Under the pieces are notes generated by a model. That model saw only the letters and a list, made by a program, of their open reading frames with translations, was not told the origin of the DNA and searched no databases. Of a DNA stretch of 64,000 bases, positions 1 to 13,400 are shown in pieces. The DNA lies in NCBI RefSeq assembly GCF_036321535.1, contig NC_087436.1, forward strand, positions 70,992,001 to 71,056,000, in the 5' to 3' direction. Every line of letters starts with the position of its first letter. Position 1 is the first letter of the stretch. Made by a program: the position numbers and the translations under genes. This DNA is from Camelus dromedarius. Its lineage: Eukaryota.

Positions 1-230
1 TTTGCCACAGTCCTTACATTCATGAAGCGACACCTCATCTGACCCCTGCGATGGTCTCTCTTCTGCTATACGTACTCACATCTGCCTCCACTGGTTTTAT
101 GACTCGGGTCCATCAAGGCTTTGACATCAGCTTCAATTTATTGCTCTGTGTTTCTCATCCAAAGAGGCATTTGTCTTGATTTGAATGTAGTGATTTTTCC
201 AAAAAAAATATGCCTGTCATTGTTATATAT
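1..230 (-). pseudogene. Decayed KRAB-type C2H2 zinc-finger gene fragment (spacer plus start of a finger), truncated by window edge
   Basis: Minus strand 60->1 reads ERPSQGSDEVSLHECKDCGK, ending in a C2H2 finger start (H-E-C-K-D-C-G-K). Upstream DVKALMDPSH resembles a degenerate finger (GKAFMDHS). In-frame stops and frameshifts indicate decay. Confidence 0.5.
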
Positions 231-249
231 TTGGAGTGTTGTGTGCCAC

Positions 250-600
250 AATATAACAGTGCTCAAAACCTTGGTACCTTTAAACAGGACAGAAGAGATA
301 GCTTGAAGTGGCCCACACTGGCCAAAGCTGGGACAGTTAATTAAAGGGTCGAAAATAAAAAATGATAATAATGAATTAAAACCCATTAAATAAAATAAAA
401 ATCCATCAGTTTATACTGATAATAAATAAGTAAACAAATGGTAGAATATAAACTAAAAATTGTAAAAGGAATGATGAAATTTAAAAGTTACCATAGTGGA
501 AAGAGAGAAGGTATACAGTAAATGGTAACAATTGTAGAATTTGGGTAATGTTCTTTGTGTTATTCAAACATTGTGTGTGTGAGTTTATTTCAATCAGAAT
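250..600 (+). mobile_element. Old L1 3' UTR fragment (L1MC-like)
   Basis: gcttgaagtggcccacactggccaaagctgggaca...aatccatcagtttatactgat resembles the L1MC3/4 3' UTR as recalled. Confidence 0.6.
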
Positions 601-1359
601 GTAAAAACAGCGACATATTAAAAAATTCACAAATTGTGTTGATTCAAGGAATCAAAATTAGGAGATACATAAAAATAAATATAAATCAAATAAATACATT
701 TAAAGGAGAAAAATATATTTAAAAATCCCAACAGAGCCTGTTAAGAATGTTAGGGAATATTCAACATACATTTGTTAAAAAAAAAAAAAAAGTAGGTGGA
801 ATAGAAGTGACATACTTTACATGATAAAAGTACCATCTCAAAGCAAAATTTAGCCTTCTGAATATACTAAAATAAAGACTTTCCCATTAAAGTCAATAAA
901 AAGACCTGAGTATCTGTTTTTATCATAAGTTTTTATATTTTGGATCTATCTTCAATATTATAAGAAAAATGATGAATAGATTTTGAAAAGTCTTTTTTTT
1001 TTCACAGCATATGATTTCTAGAGAAGCAAATATAGGCAGCAGAGAAACTATTCAACTTTTTAAGGTAGTCATTTGTTAATTGCCTATATAAAAATCAGTG
1101 CCATTCTATACATTCATGTAATCATTTTGAAAACACATTGAAAAATAAACGTATGGTAAAAACAGGATAAAGCCTTTGAGTTATTGAAGACTTTTAATAA
1201 ATTTACAAAAGGTAGAAAACATGAAAGTTTTACAATTTAGATAAACTGAGATGAGGAAGCCACAGATACGCATACATTATAGAAGTACAGTGGAATTTGT
1301 CTTCAGTCTGCCTGAAAGAGCCTTTAAGAGACTAACAGCTCAGAGTGGGCAGAGAGCGA

Positions 1360-2800
1360 GTTCCTGATGCTGCACCTTCTTGCCAGCATTCGGTATTGTG
1401 AGTGTGTTGAATTTCAGCCATTCTAATAGGTGTGTAGCGGTATCTCACTGTTGTACTAATTCACATTTCCCTGGTGACATATTATGTGGAACATCTCATA
1501 TTGCTGTTTTGTCACCTATGTATCTTCTTTGGAGAATTACCCTTTACGTTTTTGACCCTTTTTAAGAAAAATTGGGTTGTTTTTTTCTTATTGTTCAGTT
1601 TTAAGAGTTCTTTGTAAATTTTCAGTAATAGTTCTTTATCAGATATGTCTTTTGCAAATTTTGTCTCCCAGTCTGTGGCCTGTCTTCTCATTGTCTTGGC
1701 ATTGCCTTTCACAGAGTATAAGTTTTACATTTTAATGAAGTCTGACTTACTAATTATTTCTTTCATGAGTTGTGTTTTTGGCGTTGTATCTAAAAAGCAT
1801 CACCATACCCAGAGTTATCTAGGTTTTTTTCCTATATTGTCTCTGAAGTTTTATAGTTTTGTGTTTTACATTTAGGTCGGTGATTAACTTTGTGTTAATT
1901 TTTGTGAAAGATGTGTATGTGTAGATTCTTTTTTTTTTTTTGCATGTAGATGCCCAGTTGTTATTGCCCCGTTTATTGAAAATACTATCTTTGATCCATT
2001 GCATTGCCATTGCTCCTTTATCAGAGATCAGTTGATTATATTTATGGGGTCTATATCTTGGGATCTCTATTCTGTTCCATTGTTCTATTTGTCTATTTCT
2101 TCACTATTTCCAGTCTGTCTTGACCATGATAGCTTCACAGTAAGTCTTGGAGACAAGTAGTGTCAGTCCTCCAATTTTGTTCTTTTCTTTCAAAATTATC
2201 TTGACTATTCTTGTCTTTTGCCTTTCCATATCAACTTTAGAATCAGTTTGTAGATATTCATAAAATAACTTCCAGGGATTTTCATTGGGATTGCATTGGA
2301 ACTAGATAAATTTGGGGGAGAACTGACACTTTGACAGTGTTGAATCTTCCTGTTCATGAACGTGAGACATCTGACCATTTATTTAGTTCTTTGATTTCAT
2401 TTATTAGGGTTTTATAGTTTTCCTCGTATAGATATTACACATATTTTGTTAGACATATACCTAAGTATTTCACTTTTTTGGTGTGCTAATATAAATGGTA
2501 TTGTGTTTATAATTTCATGTTCTACTTTTCCATTGTTGGTATATAGGAAAACAGTTGACTTTTGTATATTAACCTTGTATCTTACAATTTTGCTATAACT
2601 GCTTATTAATTCCACAAGTATTTTTGTCAGTTTTTTTTTCAGATTTTCTACATGAATGATCATGTATTTGTGAACAAAGACAATTTTATGTCTTCATTCT
2701 CAATCTTTTATTTCCTTCTTTTGCCTTATTGCATAAACAAAGACTTCCAGTATGATGTTGAAAAGGAGTGGTGAGGGGATATCCTTGTCTTGTATCTTAT
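1360..2800 (-). mobile_element. L1 (L1M) ORF2 C-terminal and 3' region, degraded
   Basis: Minus-strand ORF pieces MRRQATDWETKFAKDISDKELLLKIYKELLKLNNKK, QWIKDSIFNK and ELISSYSKIVRYKVNIQKS are L1 ORF2 motifs. Confidence 0.9.
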
Positions 2801-2809
2801 TAACAATTA

Positions 2810-3275
2810 AGAGTTTTGGGGGATATTTCAAGATGGTTCCTTCCCCCTCTCCTTGCTGGAAGCAGGAGGAAATTTTTCTCTGATGTCACTGTGGGATTCT
2901 GTTTGAGCTCCTGGAGTTAAATCTCACAGTATTCTGAGGGATCCTCTATAACTGGGTCCCCTGGAGTTTTTAACTCATGGAGTTGTCTCCACTGAGCCTC
3001 CAGGAATTCATTAATTAACAGTTCAGATTTTCTTACTCCAGCACTGGTTCATGTGGTAGTTTCTACTTGGGAGTCTATAATTTGACAAGCTGCTACTCCC
3101 TTTATTGTCCTGTCTGATTCTCCAATCTTGGGTGCAGTAGTTTGCCCTGTGTCCTCTCCTCTCTTATGGATCCAGGAAGAGTTGTTGATTTTTCAGTAGC
3201 TTCAGTTTTTTACTTGTTGTTAGGGCAGAGTGGCAACTTCCAAGATGCTTACATGTGGAAATGGAAAGCAAAGGC
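2810..3275 (-). mobile_element. Old L1 5' UTR fragment (L1M4/L1MC-type)
   Basis: ctgggtcccctggagtttttaactc...caacttccaagatgcttacatgtggaaatggaaagc resembles an old L1 5' end; it abuts the ORF2 piece, implying an internal deletion. Confidence 0.6.
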
Positions 3276-3279
3276 CCTC

Positions 3280-3700
3280 AATCATTTGATCTTTGACAAA
3301 GCAATTTAATGGAAAAAGAAAGTATTTCAACAAATAGTGCTAAAACAGCAGGATAACTCTATGAAAGGAAAATAAATTTTAATTCTACTATGACCTCTGC
3401 TTCACCTCTATACCAGACACAGTATGAAAGAATCACATAGATATTAGAATGAAAGAAGCTAGATACAATGGAAAGCATACTATATAATTCTGTGTATATC
3501 AAAAATGACACAACTAATTAATGGTGATAAAAATTAGAATGGTGGTTGCTGTGGGAAAATGAGTTGACTGAAATAAAGGAATTTTCTAGGATGATGAGAT
3601 TATTATATAATTGGATAGGGGTGTTGGTTATACAGATAAATACATGTGTCAAGTTTCATTGAATTGTACACCTAATGTCTAGGCACTTGAAGTTATTTTT
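3280..3700 (+). mobile_element. Old L1 ORF2 end and 3' end (L1ME-like)
   Basis: tgatctttgacaaagc...tttcaacaaatagtgc (ORF2), then gaaagaagctagataca...gtcaagtttcattgaattgtacac (L1ME 3' end). Confidence 0.7.
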
Positions 3701-5694
3701 CAAGAAACAACAAATATAATACATGAAGCAGATAAAAGAAGTACAGGTGAATCAAATATGGGTATGCTTTTTCCCCTTTATTTTCCTTTTTTCCTCCCAA
3801 AATGTGCATGCGTATTTAGAAACGGAAATTATTCAAAACAAGAAGCACACAAAGCACACAGAAACATAACAATGCATATTCTTTTATTATCTCCATTTTA
3901 CACATGAAGAGTCTGTCAAGTGGGCAGTCTTATGCTCATGAAGCCAGATATTAGTCACAAAGAAAGATGGTAGGGAGAAAAAAAGATAATTACACTAATT
4001 AATACAAAACAAAGAATCACTACAACAAATACTCCTGCTTCATAAATTTGACTTCTTCTCACTAAATGGGTTGTCCATTTGCTTAATTTGAAAGTAAAGA
4101 AATAAATTTATACTGACAGTTAGAATTAGCAAAACTCTAAAGCCTAAAATAAACAACTTTTGAGTAAGCTGATACTTTTACAGATATTTCAATGCACAGG
4201 GGTCACAGAATAGAAGAAACAGAAATAAAACTAATAGATGTTTGTTGTACAAACATATCACATCCTAGATCATTTGATCAACTTAGCTAAATTTTAATCT
4301 AGAATGGCTCAAAAGCAAGTTCAACTTCACTATAAGGAAATAGGCTGAATAAGTCAAAGTGAACTGAGCTTTCTGTTTTCATCTATATTGACAGATCTGA
4401 TCTTGGTCAAATATAAGAATGTTAAATATGAAATTTAGAATGAAATTTAGTTTAGTATTGTAATGGGAGAAGTTTCTAATGCCAGTTAAAAAATAACACA
4501 GTTATCCGTATTTGTGTAAATATGCCCCTTGGTTGCATGCTTTTTATTTGGATTCCTTCTATCCATATTTTCTAACAGTAAGATTATCCCTTAGTAACAC
4601 TATAAGAACCTGTAAAGATACAGGTTCATCTTTAATCTCACCTTTTGTGACCTTTCCCCCAGAATTGAAGTACATTCCCCTTGCTTATTACAATCCTGTT
4701 ACTTTGCAAATTTCATTCCCTGGAAATAACACATAGGTGAAAGGAAAAATGGGAAGTTTAATGTTTGACCACTCAGCTGAGATAATACTGCTTTGAAATA
4801 AAGCACGAGAAACAGATGTCTTCGGTTATAATACTGATCCCAGGAATCTGTTGTGGAAAGAAGGGAACCATTTGGTATATACGATACTGGCTTTTTGGTT
4901 TTGGTAATATAATAATTGTGGAAAGGGCACTAGACAAGGGATCAAAGCTTTTAGTTGAGTTACTAACTAGATTTGCCAAATTAAAAAAATCTCTGTAACT
5001 AAATTTGGGATTTTGTTTATTCATTTATACTTTACATTATTAGAGTTTTCATATAAAATATTACTTAATCATCAGCCCCTGATAAAATGTTTCACATCTT
5101 CCTAGTTAAATACTTACAAAGTCAAAACCAGAAATCCTCATAACATTGAAAAATAAAAATGAGTGGTTAGGATCTTTAGGCTTCCTTCCAAAGTAATTAT
5201 TCTATTATATAAACGTTTAATGATTCAATAACATTGCAGTCTCTTCGGGCTGCATTTAATCTTCGCTCCACTGTGATTCATTATGATCCATTTAAAAAAT
5301 GTCAGGAGCTGATATTTTGTTGACTTATATACTCATTTGAATTAGGTTGTTTTCTTCAGAAGTCTAAAATATATCTTTAAAAGGAGTATATTATTATTTT
5401 AGGCATTTCCATGAATTTTTAAGCCTGTAGATATTATCAGGTATATTAAATAATAGGATGTATTCAAACAACTTTCAGTAAGAAAAAGTTATCTAGTGTT
5501 CCAATTTATCCTAATTTTTATTTAATTAGAGGCTTATGGATAAGAAATGTTTGAGTTTCTTTGCATTATCCTGAGTCAAAGCAACCAAAGTTAGACTTAA
5601 TATTTGGGAATTTCACTCTGTGGTATAATTTGAAAGCATTTAGACATAATGTGATTTCTAAGGAAACAATTAGTAAATACATGATAAAAAGCTC

Positions 5695-5920
5695 ACTGGA
5701 TTTCTGTTTCCAGCCAAGTAGGGATAACTAGAATGGAAATTATCTTCCTATGTAAAATAACAAAAAAACTGGACAAAATACATGAAACAGCTATTTCCAG
5801 ACATTGGCCATCAGGTAGTACGAGACTGTAGTCACTGAGAAAAGGGGAAAGAATGAAGTGAGTTCTGTGTTTACTGGCTAAAGGCAATTTCTGGACTGCA
5901 GCAGAGGGGATAGGGAATGT
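5695..5920 (+). mobile_element. Old L1 5' UTR fragment
   Basis: atttctgtttccagccaag...aaaaaactggacaaaatacatgaaacagctatttccagacattgg resembles L1M4/L1MD 5' ends. Confidence 0.6.
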
Positions 5921-5984
5921 GCCACAGCTGGAGAATAACTACATTCATCACAGAAAGTACTGTCTTGAAAAGAGATCTGAGAGG

Positions 5985-6632
5985 TGTGTCTCCAGTGGCT
6001 ACCACAGTCTATACCTTGTATGGCATACTCCACTTTCCCACATGGAGCAGTTCCTCACAGGTCTTTCTTCTTGAGGGAAATTCAGAAGAGAGGTGCAGGT
6101 GAGCTAACTGCAGGCTCTGTCATTGAAGTCAGCTTGGGACCTGATGCCAGTACTCCTTTCACTTTTGTCTGATCCTCATCCTCGTCATCCTCAGCTTCTC
6201 TCTGTGCAGGTCTTGCTGACTTACCCAGTAGGATGATCCAAACTGTCATTCCTGAAGAGTCTGAGCCCTTGGAAACCATATATTGTTTAGGCATGTATTC
6301 ATTTGCAGTTATAATTGAAACAGGGAGTCCCAAGAGAATCCCAAGTGGATCACCTGAATTTTACATTCTTCCATTTTGATAGAAGCAGCCGCATCTCCTC
6401 TGTGTGATCAGGATAAATTATCCCTGCCAAGATACTGAACCCTCTTTTCACTTTCTGGTTTCTAGACAGCCGTACCTTACAGTGCAAAAAGACCCTCACT
6501 ATGTCTTGGTGCAAGGGTGCACCCTACTTTGGGCATCAGGACCTCTAATCCTACAGAATATAGAGTTTCAGGGATGAGAAGCACAAATTCTTGCAGTGAG
6601 TCATTGGGAATGATGATAAGTGGGACTACTTA
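5985..6632 (-). mobile_element. ERV-L class internal fragment with degraded dUTPase region
   Basis: Minus strand gives VVPLIIIPNDSLQEFVLLIPETLYSVGLEVLMPK...QKVKRGFSILAGIIYPDHTEEMRLLL...SGDPLGILLGLPVSIITAN, matching ERV-L dUTPase-region motifs (PLTITPSDPL, GLEVL, KGVTVLAGVIDPD, GDPLG). Confidence 0.8.
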
Positions 6633-6859
6633 CCTATAGAAAACTCCCACCCACATGACTATGGATAGGAGCTAAGTGCAGGGCCCTGGTGTGACTCTAG
6701 AGGACAAGATAGGGTCTTGTTCTAACTTTTTATAAAAATGGCATAATTGTTCTAAAAATCTTAGACATTACAAAAAATTAAAAATTACAGTATCCCTCAT
6801 GAACATGATGTAAACATCCTTAACAAAATGGTAGCAGACTGACTTCATCAATATAATCT

Positions 6860-8370
6860 AGGCTAACTATTTTAGTTTTTGGGTTTATTTTTAGTACTTA
6901 AAAAAATGCCATTTTGTAATCCTCTAGCTTATGTTGTTTCTGATGAGGAGTCTGCAAACATTCTCTTATGTTTTTCTGTAAGTAGTGATTCTTTTACTCA
7001 GATTTTTTTTCTCCTTTTTACCTAATCATGGTTTTAGTCAAGTTGATTATGATATGACTTTGTTGTATCTTCTCTGTGCTTATGGTTCATTAAACATTTT
7101 GAATCTGAGTTTATAGTTTTCATCAAATTTAGAAAATTTTGGCCACTATTTTTTCAAGTATTTTTATGCTTCTTTTTCACTTTCATCTAAAACTCTCATT
7201 AAAAGTATTAGACCACTTGATTTACTTGATTTTATCTCACAGGTCAGTGAGGTTTCATTTTTTTTTGTTCGGTCATCTCTATGCTTTAGTTCCAATAGTT
7301 TTTATTATCATCTGCTCAAGTTCACTGTCATTGTTTCTGTATTTCTCATCCATTGTTAATTCCATCCAAGTGAGTTTCTCATTTCCAATATTGTATTTTT
7401 TACCTCTAGAAGTTCCATGTGGGTCTTTTAAAAAATCTTTTTTCTATCTTCTATTCTTACCTCATTGTGTTCATATTTTTCTTTAAATTCTCAAGCATAT
7501 GCGTAATTCTGATTTTAAAGTTCTTGTCTGTTGGTTCCATTATGCCTCTTGTCTCTGTCTTTCTACTGAATAATGTTGCTTTGGGTTATGGATCACATTT
7601 TGCTCCTATCTTGTAACTTTTGATTAGATATATCAGACATTATAAATGTAACCTTTGTGAATGTTGGGGTTTTTTCTTTTTTAAAAAAGTCTTGAAGTTT
7701 GTTTTGACAAGAAGTTAATTCACTTTTTTGTCTTTTCAAAACTTGTTTTTAGGGCTTGTTATGGTGGTTCTAACATAGCCTTTACTTTAGGACTAGTTTA
7801 ACCTTATTATAGAGACATGACGTTTTAGGTTTCAGTATTGAATTCCTGTGTGTTCAATGAGGTCTCCCTGATACGGAATTTTAATGTCTCCCAACAATGT
7901 GCGAGGTCAGAATTTTTCAGATTATAGTTATCTTGTGGTTTTTCTTTGGCATGGAGTTTACCCCTAATCAGATTTGTGTTAAGTTAAAGACTTATTTGGA
8001 CCCCTATTCAGATTTTTGGTGAACTTCTTTTAAAGTTCCCTCCTTTCTGGTACTTTGTCCACAAATTTCAGTTGCCTTGCCAACCACAGCTCCAATCTCG
8101 GTCTCTGAAGTCAGACATCCATACTGTTCATGGCATTCCCCTCTCTGCACTAGGATTCAGAAAGTGCCTTTAGGCAGAAAGCCCAGGTAAATGAAGGACT
8201 CACCTTTTCTGTTTGCTTTCTCTAAGGTATATCTTACAACCCCTGTTATCCATTGCTAAAAAAAAAAAAAAATTGTTGTATTTATTTTTCTCAGTTTTCT
8301 AATTGTATATGGTTAGAGAGTAAGTTGGGTCCCAGATATTCCATTATGGCCTGAAGTGGAATTATTTTTC
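6860..8370 (-). mobile_element. Old L1 5' UTR and ORF1 region, degraded
   Basis: T-rich antisense ORF1 signature (ttttcatcaaatttagaaaattttggccactattttttcaag), ending in ccattatggcctgaagtggaa, the antisense of an L1 5' start. Confidence 0.7.
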
Positions 8371-10563
8371 ACTCAGTTCTGTTACTGCAGAAGTATTCTT
8401 AGTGTGGGATTTTGTTCAACCACCAAAAATAGAAGAGATTGAATTGTTTGTTAAGATTATAGATTACCAGGATTTACCTAACATCTGGATAAAACATAAT
8501 GTTGCAATTTTAACAAGTTTATCAGCTGATTCTTGCATACTCAAGCTGGGAAACCTGCATCTCCCTAAGACAGTCCAACTGAATTAGTACTATACTTCAA
8601 AATGTCTTGGGAGCTTTTAAATTCATTCATACCTGGGCCCCACTTTGGAATACAGCAAGCATTTTAAAATATTTCTTGAACGAAATAATTAATGTATAAG
8701 TGATTTTACCCATGAGACTAAAGAATTTTAATTATTTTTGAGTTAATTCTCAACAAATACATCATTTTTCATGAATTAAATTTTTAGAGAATACAGATTA
8801 AATATTTTCTGAATATTATTATATTTTTCTATAATATTTTTAAATGAAGAAAATTATATATAATCTAGAAATTCTAAGTATCTACCAGCTCATTTCTATT
8901 GTTGCAGCCTAGTACCTGAATTAGCCCAAGTTGTACTTGAATTCCCAAATTTACTTGTTTCCCATCAGTGTTGCTCTGCTCAAGTGTAAGTTTATACTTT
9001 GGTTTACTCTATAGTTTTTCCTTGAATTCTCTCTTTAGTTTTGTCCAAGTAAAGATTAATGATGCTGTGTGTTAATACTCTTTGTTAATACCTTCCAAAT
9101 GTTCAGCAGAGCAAGTGCTCAATAAACACTTGTCAAATAGCTGACTGTTTCTTAAAACTGCATTCAGAAGTCTGTAAGCCATCCTCCACATATCTCTTTT
9201 TTTAGGAGTAATTTTTCTCCCACTGGAATATTTGGGAAATTAGAAAAGCTATTTTTCCAGCTGTAATGTAAGCTCACTTATTACTGTGGAAGGTAAAAAT
9301 TTTTTTGTTTTGTATAGATATAATGGTGGGTGTTACGTGGTAACATTCTTTCAAAACAACAATTTTAGTTCAGTATTATTGAGTTTAGTTAATGTAAAAA
9401 TTATCTGGTCTTCTCAGAATCACACTTGAGATAATCATTATCCTAAGCTTGAAAAATACCCACTTTATTTTAAGATGACAGTGTTGATGTATTTGGTTGC
9501 ACTCTTGTTGTTCCCTAGGGCTGAGTACGTGTTGAACATTTTAAAACATTTAGATTTCTAATCTGTAAACAAAAAATGTTCAATTCCCTAGGGAGACATT
9601 TTATTTGTGAAGTTTCATGAACCTCTGTTTTCTCCTCAGGGCCAACAGCATTTAAGTGGCTAGTGTTATACAATCTATCATATGGGGATATTACTAGATA
9701 AGGAGATTCAAAATGATTGTTTGCCCAGTCAGCACATGCACACATCTGTGCACACACACTTACATATATAGAGAGAGTTTTACCACTGTTTGATGGTGAA
9801 ATTACATACATGGACCTTGCTTTCTGGTAGCTTACAATTTATAAGAGATGAGAGATATTTCATTAATAAGATCAAAACAAGGGATTTAAATCACATATGA
9901 CTGATACAAAAATCCTATAGTCAAAATAGGGGCTGGGATTATTTCTAGCTGTATTTTAATTTCTTTTTTGGATTGTTCATTCCTAATGTATAGAAACTCA
10001 ACTAATTTGTGTGTGTTGGTTTTTTTATTCTTTAACTTTGTTAAATTCATTTATTAGTGTAATGGGGTTTTTAAAAGTTAGTATTTTGGCTCAGGGTCTG
10101 ATGAGAATAGGCCTACTGAACTCTGCACTGGTCAGAATACATATGAAGAATTACATCTGGTTACGTCTGCAATTTAAGAGGGACTATGGGAAACTAAATG
10201 TCCTGGAATGCTAGGATTTGATTATTCACTTTTTAAAAAGGGCTGTTTGTGATAGACAAAACAGATTTAGTATCTGTTACTATGGACGACAGGGGGACAG
10301 ACCACTAAGTGGATGTTTGCCAGAAGCAATTTCTACTGAAGAAATCTTTTCATTATAAGAATTGTCAAAAATGCAATGATCTGAGTGAAAAAACTAGCAA
10401 ATGTCTCATCCCTATAAGCTTTCAAACAGAGGTCATAGAATCGCATAGTGTTAGGGTATCATCAAGCAACTGAAAAATGTTTTATTAATAATTCATCAAT
10501 AATAGGTATAAATGTATCATTAAAACTTAAATATTTTTTAGCATATATTAAATTCATGTTTAT

Positions 10564-10697
10564 GTTTATTCTTTTCCTTTTTTATTCTTATTTTTTAATA
10601 TTGCAGTATAGTTGACAATGTTGTATTAGTTGTTGGTGTACAGCATAGTGATTCAGTTATATATAAATATACACATACTCATTTTCATATTCTTAGA
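10564..10697 (-). mobile_element. Young 5'-truncated L1 3' end with 15-bp TSD
   Basis: L1 tail ttgcagtatagttgacaatgttgtattag...cagcatagtgattcag flanked by the exact duplication taaattcatgtttat (10549-10563 and 10698-10712). Confidence 0.85.
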
Positions 10698-11457
10698 TAA
10701 ATTCATGTTTATTTTGGATGTCAAAGTAATTCTCTAAAGGGTTCATCCTGAAATGAATATGAATACAAATTTATATGTACACATGAAATAGAATATTTAA
10801 TTTCTTAGGGCTTAAGTAAGAAAATTAAGCTTTCTAATCTCAATAACCAAAGCCTATAATGTTAAGTTTATTTATTTTCAGATTGGTTGGAAAAAATCAG
10901 ATTTGATTTATTTTACTGTTACATAAATTTTCTAAAGGCTTTCAAATTATCAACTAAAATTTACATATTTGGGTAGTAATCTGTTCTGGAAATGGCAAAA
11001 CCACACGTTTAAAAGTAAAAGACAAAGGGAAACAACTCATGTGGCAATTGCTGTGTGATATCACTATGACAACAGACCAAGGGTTTATCACAGTCACAAT
11101 TTGGAGTTATTTAGCTTGCAGAATGCAGACAGATGTTCACTTCTGTACGGCAGATGAGTAATGATGTATAATGAAATCCTGAGGCAGTACAATGGTTAAA
11201 GTAACATAAGTTAAGGCTTAATGATTGCGCCTGCAGAGTGTTGACTCTTCCCCTAACTGCATGCTCTGTTTCTTGGCATCATGACACCTATGTTGTATTT
11301 ATACTTGGTGATTTTAAGTATGTGCTAATGAGGAGAACATGGGAATAAATGAGAAAACCTCTGTTCAACCTTGGCAGATGTCTGAACTCCACGCCCAGTG
11401 AACTTATACTCAATCTAGGTATATGAAATTTTACTGTGTTGTGTATTTTTGTTTATG

Positions 11458-11806
11458 TAGTCAGCCCTCTGTGTCTGAGGGTTCTGCATCCTTGGATTCA
11501 ACCAACCGTGGATTGAAAATATTTAGAAAAAAATTAATTCCGGAAAGTTCCCCAAAGGAAAATTTGAATTTGCTGTGCTCTGGCATCTACATAGTGTTTA
11601 CATTGTATTTATAATTGTTTACATAGCATTTACATTGTGTTAGGTATTTAGGATAATCTAGAGATGATTTAAAATGTAGGGTAGGACGTATGTAGGTTAT
11701 ATGCAAATACTAAGCCATTTGACACAAGGGACTTGAACATCCTCAGATTTGGTGTCTGTGAGGGATCTAGGAACCAATCCCTCTCAGATACCTAGGGATA
11801 ACAGTG
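11458..11806 (-). mobile_element. MER2/MER2B (TcMar-Tigger MITE)
   Basis: Degenerate TIRs (tagtcagccctctgtgtctg ... cagatacctagggataacag) and MER2 core ggattcaaccaaccgtggattgaaaata...taggttatatgcaaatac...gaaccaatccc. Confidence 0.85.
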
Positions 11807-12959
11807 TATCTTATTTAGAAAAATTAGATTTTATGACCATTAAATCAATATTTTTAATGTAACACAGGGATAAACTTATAAATCTTTTTTCTGGAATAAT
11901 GACTCTACTACAACAAGCAGCAGTCTATATTCTCGGGTCCTGGAAAGGCTGCCTTATTAATAACTGCTTGTGAAAAATTCCTGTAAATATTTAATTTGAA
12001 TAAATTTAAAAAAAAAAAAAGGACATATCTCATCAAGAGGCTAAGTTTGTATTACAATTTTAACAGAGAGGAAAACGCCACCTGCATACTCTCTTCTGTC
12101 GAAGAACAGCATCTGCCTTACTGATGTTTAGACACTCAGTGGTGGCCGGCCCAGTTACCAGATCTGTTTTGAAATGCCTTTTTCCCCATTTCTTTTCCAC
12201 TTCCCCATTGGGTTCTAGGCTTCCGGCAGCCTGCTGTGATGCTGAGAGTGGGCTCCACTGATCCCAAGGTCTGCACTGTCACCTGTGAGCACTTCGTGTC
12301 CTCCGACACAGTGGCTCAGTGGAACCCTCTTACTGCACAAGAGCTTACCAGTGAAACCTTTCCCTTAATAAGATTTCCTCCCCAACCCCCTATTTCTCCC
12401 AACTGGAGATCTTTAGGAACCTCATCAGAATCCTGAACTACAGCTAAACTGAGGGGTCTGAAGCCGTAGGTGCCTGCTGAGGACCAGTAACTGTACCATG
12501 TTTTTCTCACAACACTGTTCCTGGATGTTTTTACATTCCAGGTCTTGAGCTGCATTTCTTTATGGTACACAGTGTCCACACTGATTTACTCAAGTGTTTT
12601 TTTTGTTTGTTTCCTTCTGCTCTTTCCCCATTACTTGCGAGAAGGCCCAGTTGAGTTCTTAATACTTTGGCGTGCTTTTAGGTTGGTTTCTTTTTTTCTT
12701 TCTCTTTTTTCCCTAACACTCTTGTAGATGGATATTTGTCTTTTTCCAGTTTAGGGCTATTGATGCTATGACAGTTCTTACACATTTTTGATAAACATTT
12801 TTTTGTTGCTTATACACGTAGGAGTGGAACTGCTGGGTTGAAGGGTGTGTGGATGTTGTATCTGTTGACATTGCTAAAACGTTGAACAAATTTGTTTCAC
12901 AAATGTACACTCCCTCCTACATATGTGTGAGGGCTCCAGTAGTAACTGGAGGGTCTTGA

Positions 12960-13400
12960 GCCAGAGGATGGTCATGTTCTGCTTTGACAGTTTCGCTCTA
13001 GCTACTCTCCAGAGGAAGAATTACATGGGTGGAAAGGTAGAAACAGGGACAGCAGCTAGGGAATGACTGCCACCATCTAGGCTTCAACAGAATGGCAGCC
13101 GTGGGGGTGAGGAGAAGTGGTTGGGCTCTGGACACATTTTAAAGGCACAGCCAATAAACTTTGCTGACAGATTGGCTGTGGGATATGAAAGAGAGAACTA
13201 AAGCTGAACTGGACAAGTTTGCCTGATCAGCTAACAGCAAGGAAGGCTAAGGATAAGATCATAGGCCTGGGTGTGATCAGACGTTCTGTTTCGGACATGT
13301 TAAATTTGGGGTGCCTATTTGATATCGAGGGGAAACATAAGCTTTTCACTTGATATGAGTCTAAATTTCAAGGAAGAGATCCAGGCTAGAAATGTAAATT
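12960..13400 (-). mobile_element. L2 fragment
   Basis: gagaagtggttgggctctggacacattttaaaggcacagccaataaactttgctgacagattggctgtggg and ttcggacatgttaaatttgggg are L2 antisense motifs. Confidence 0.8.
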
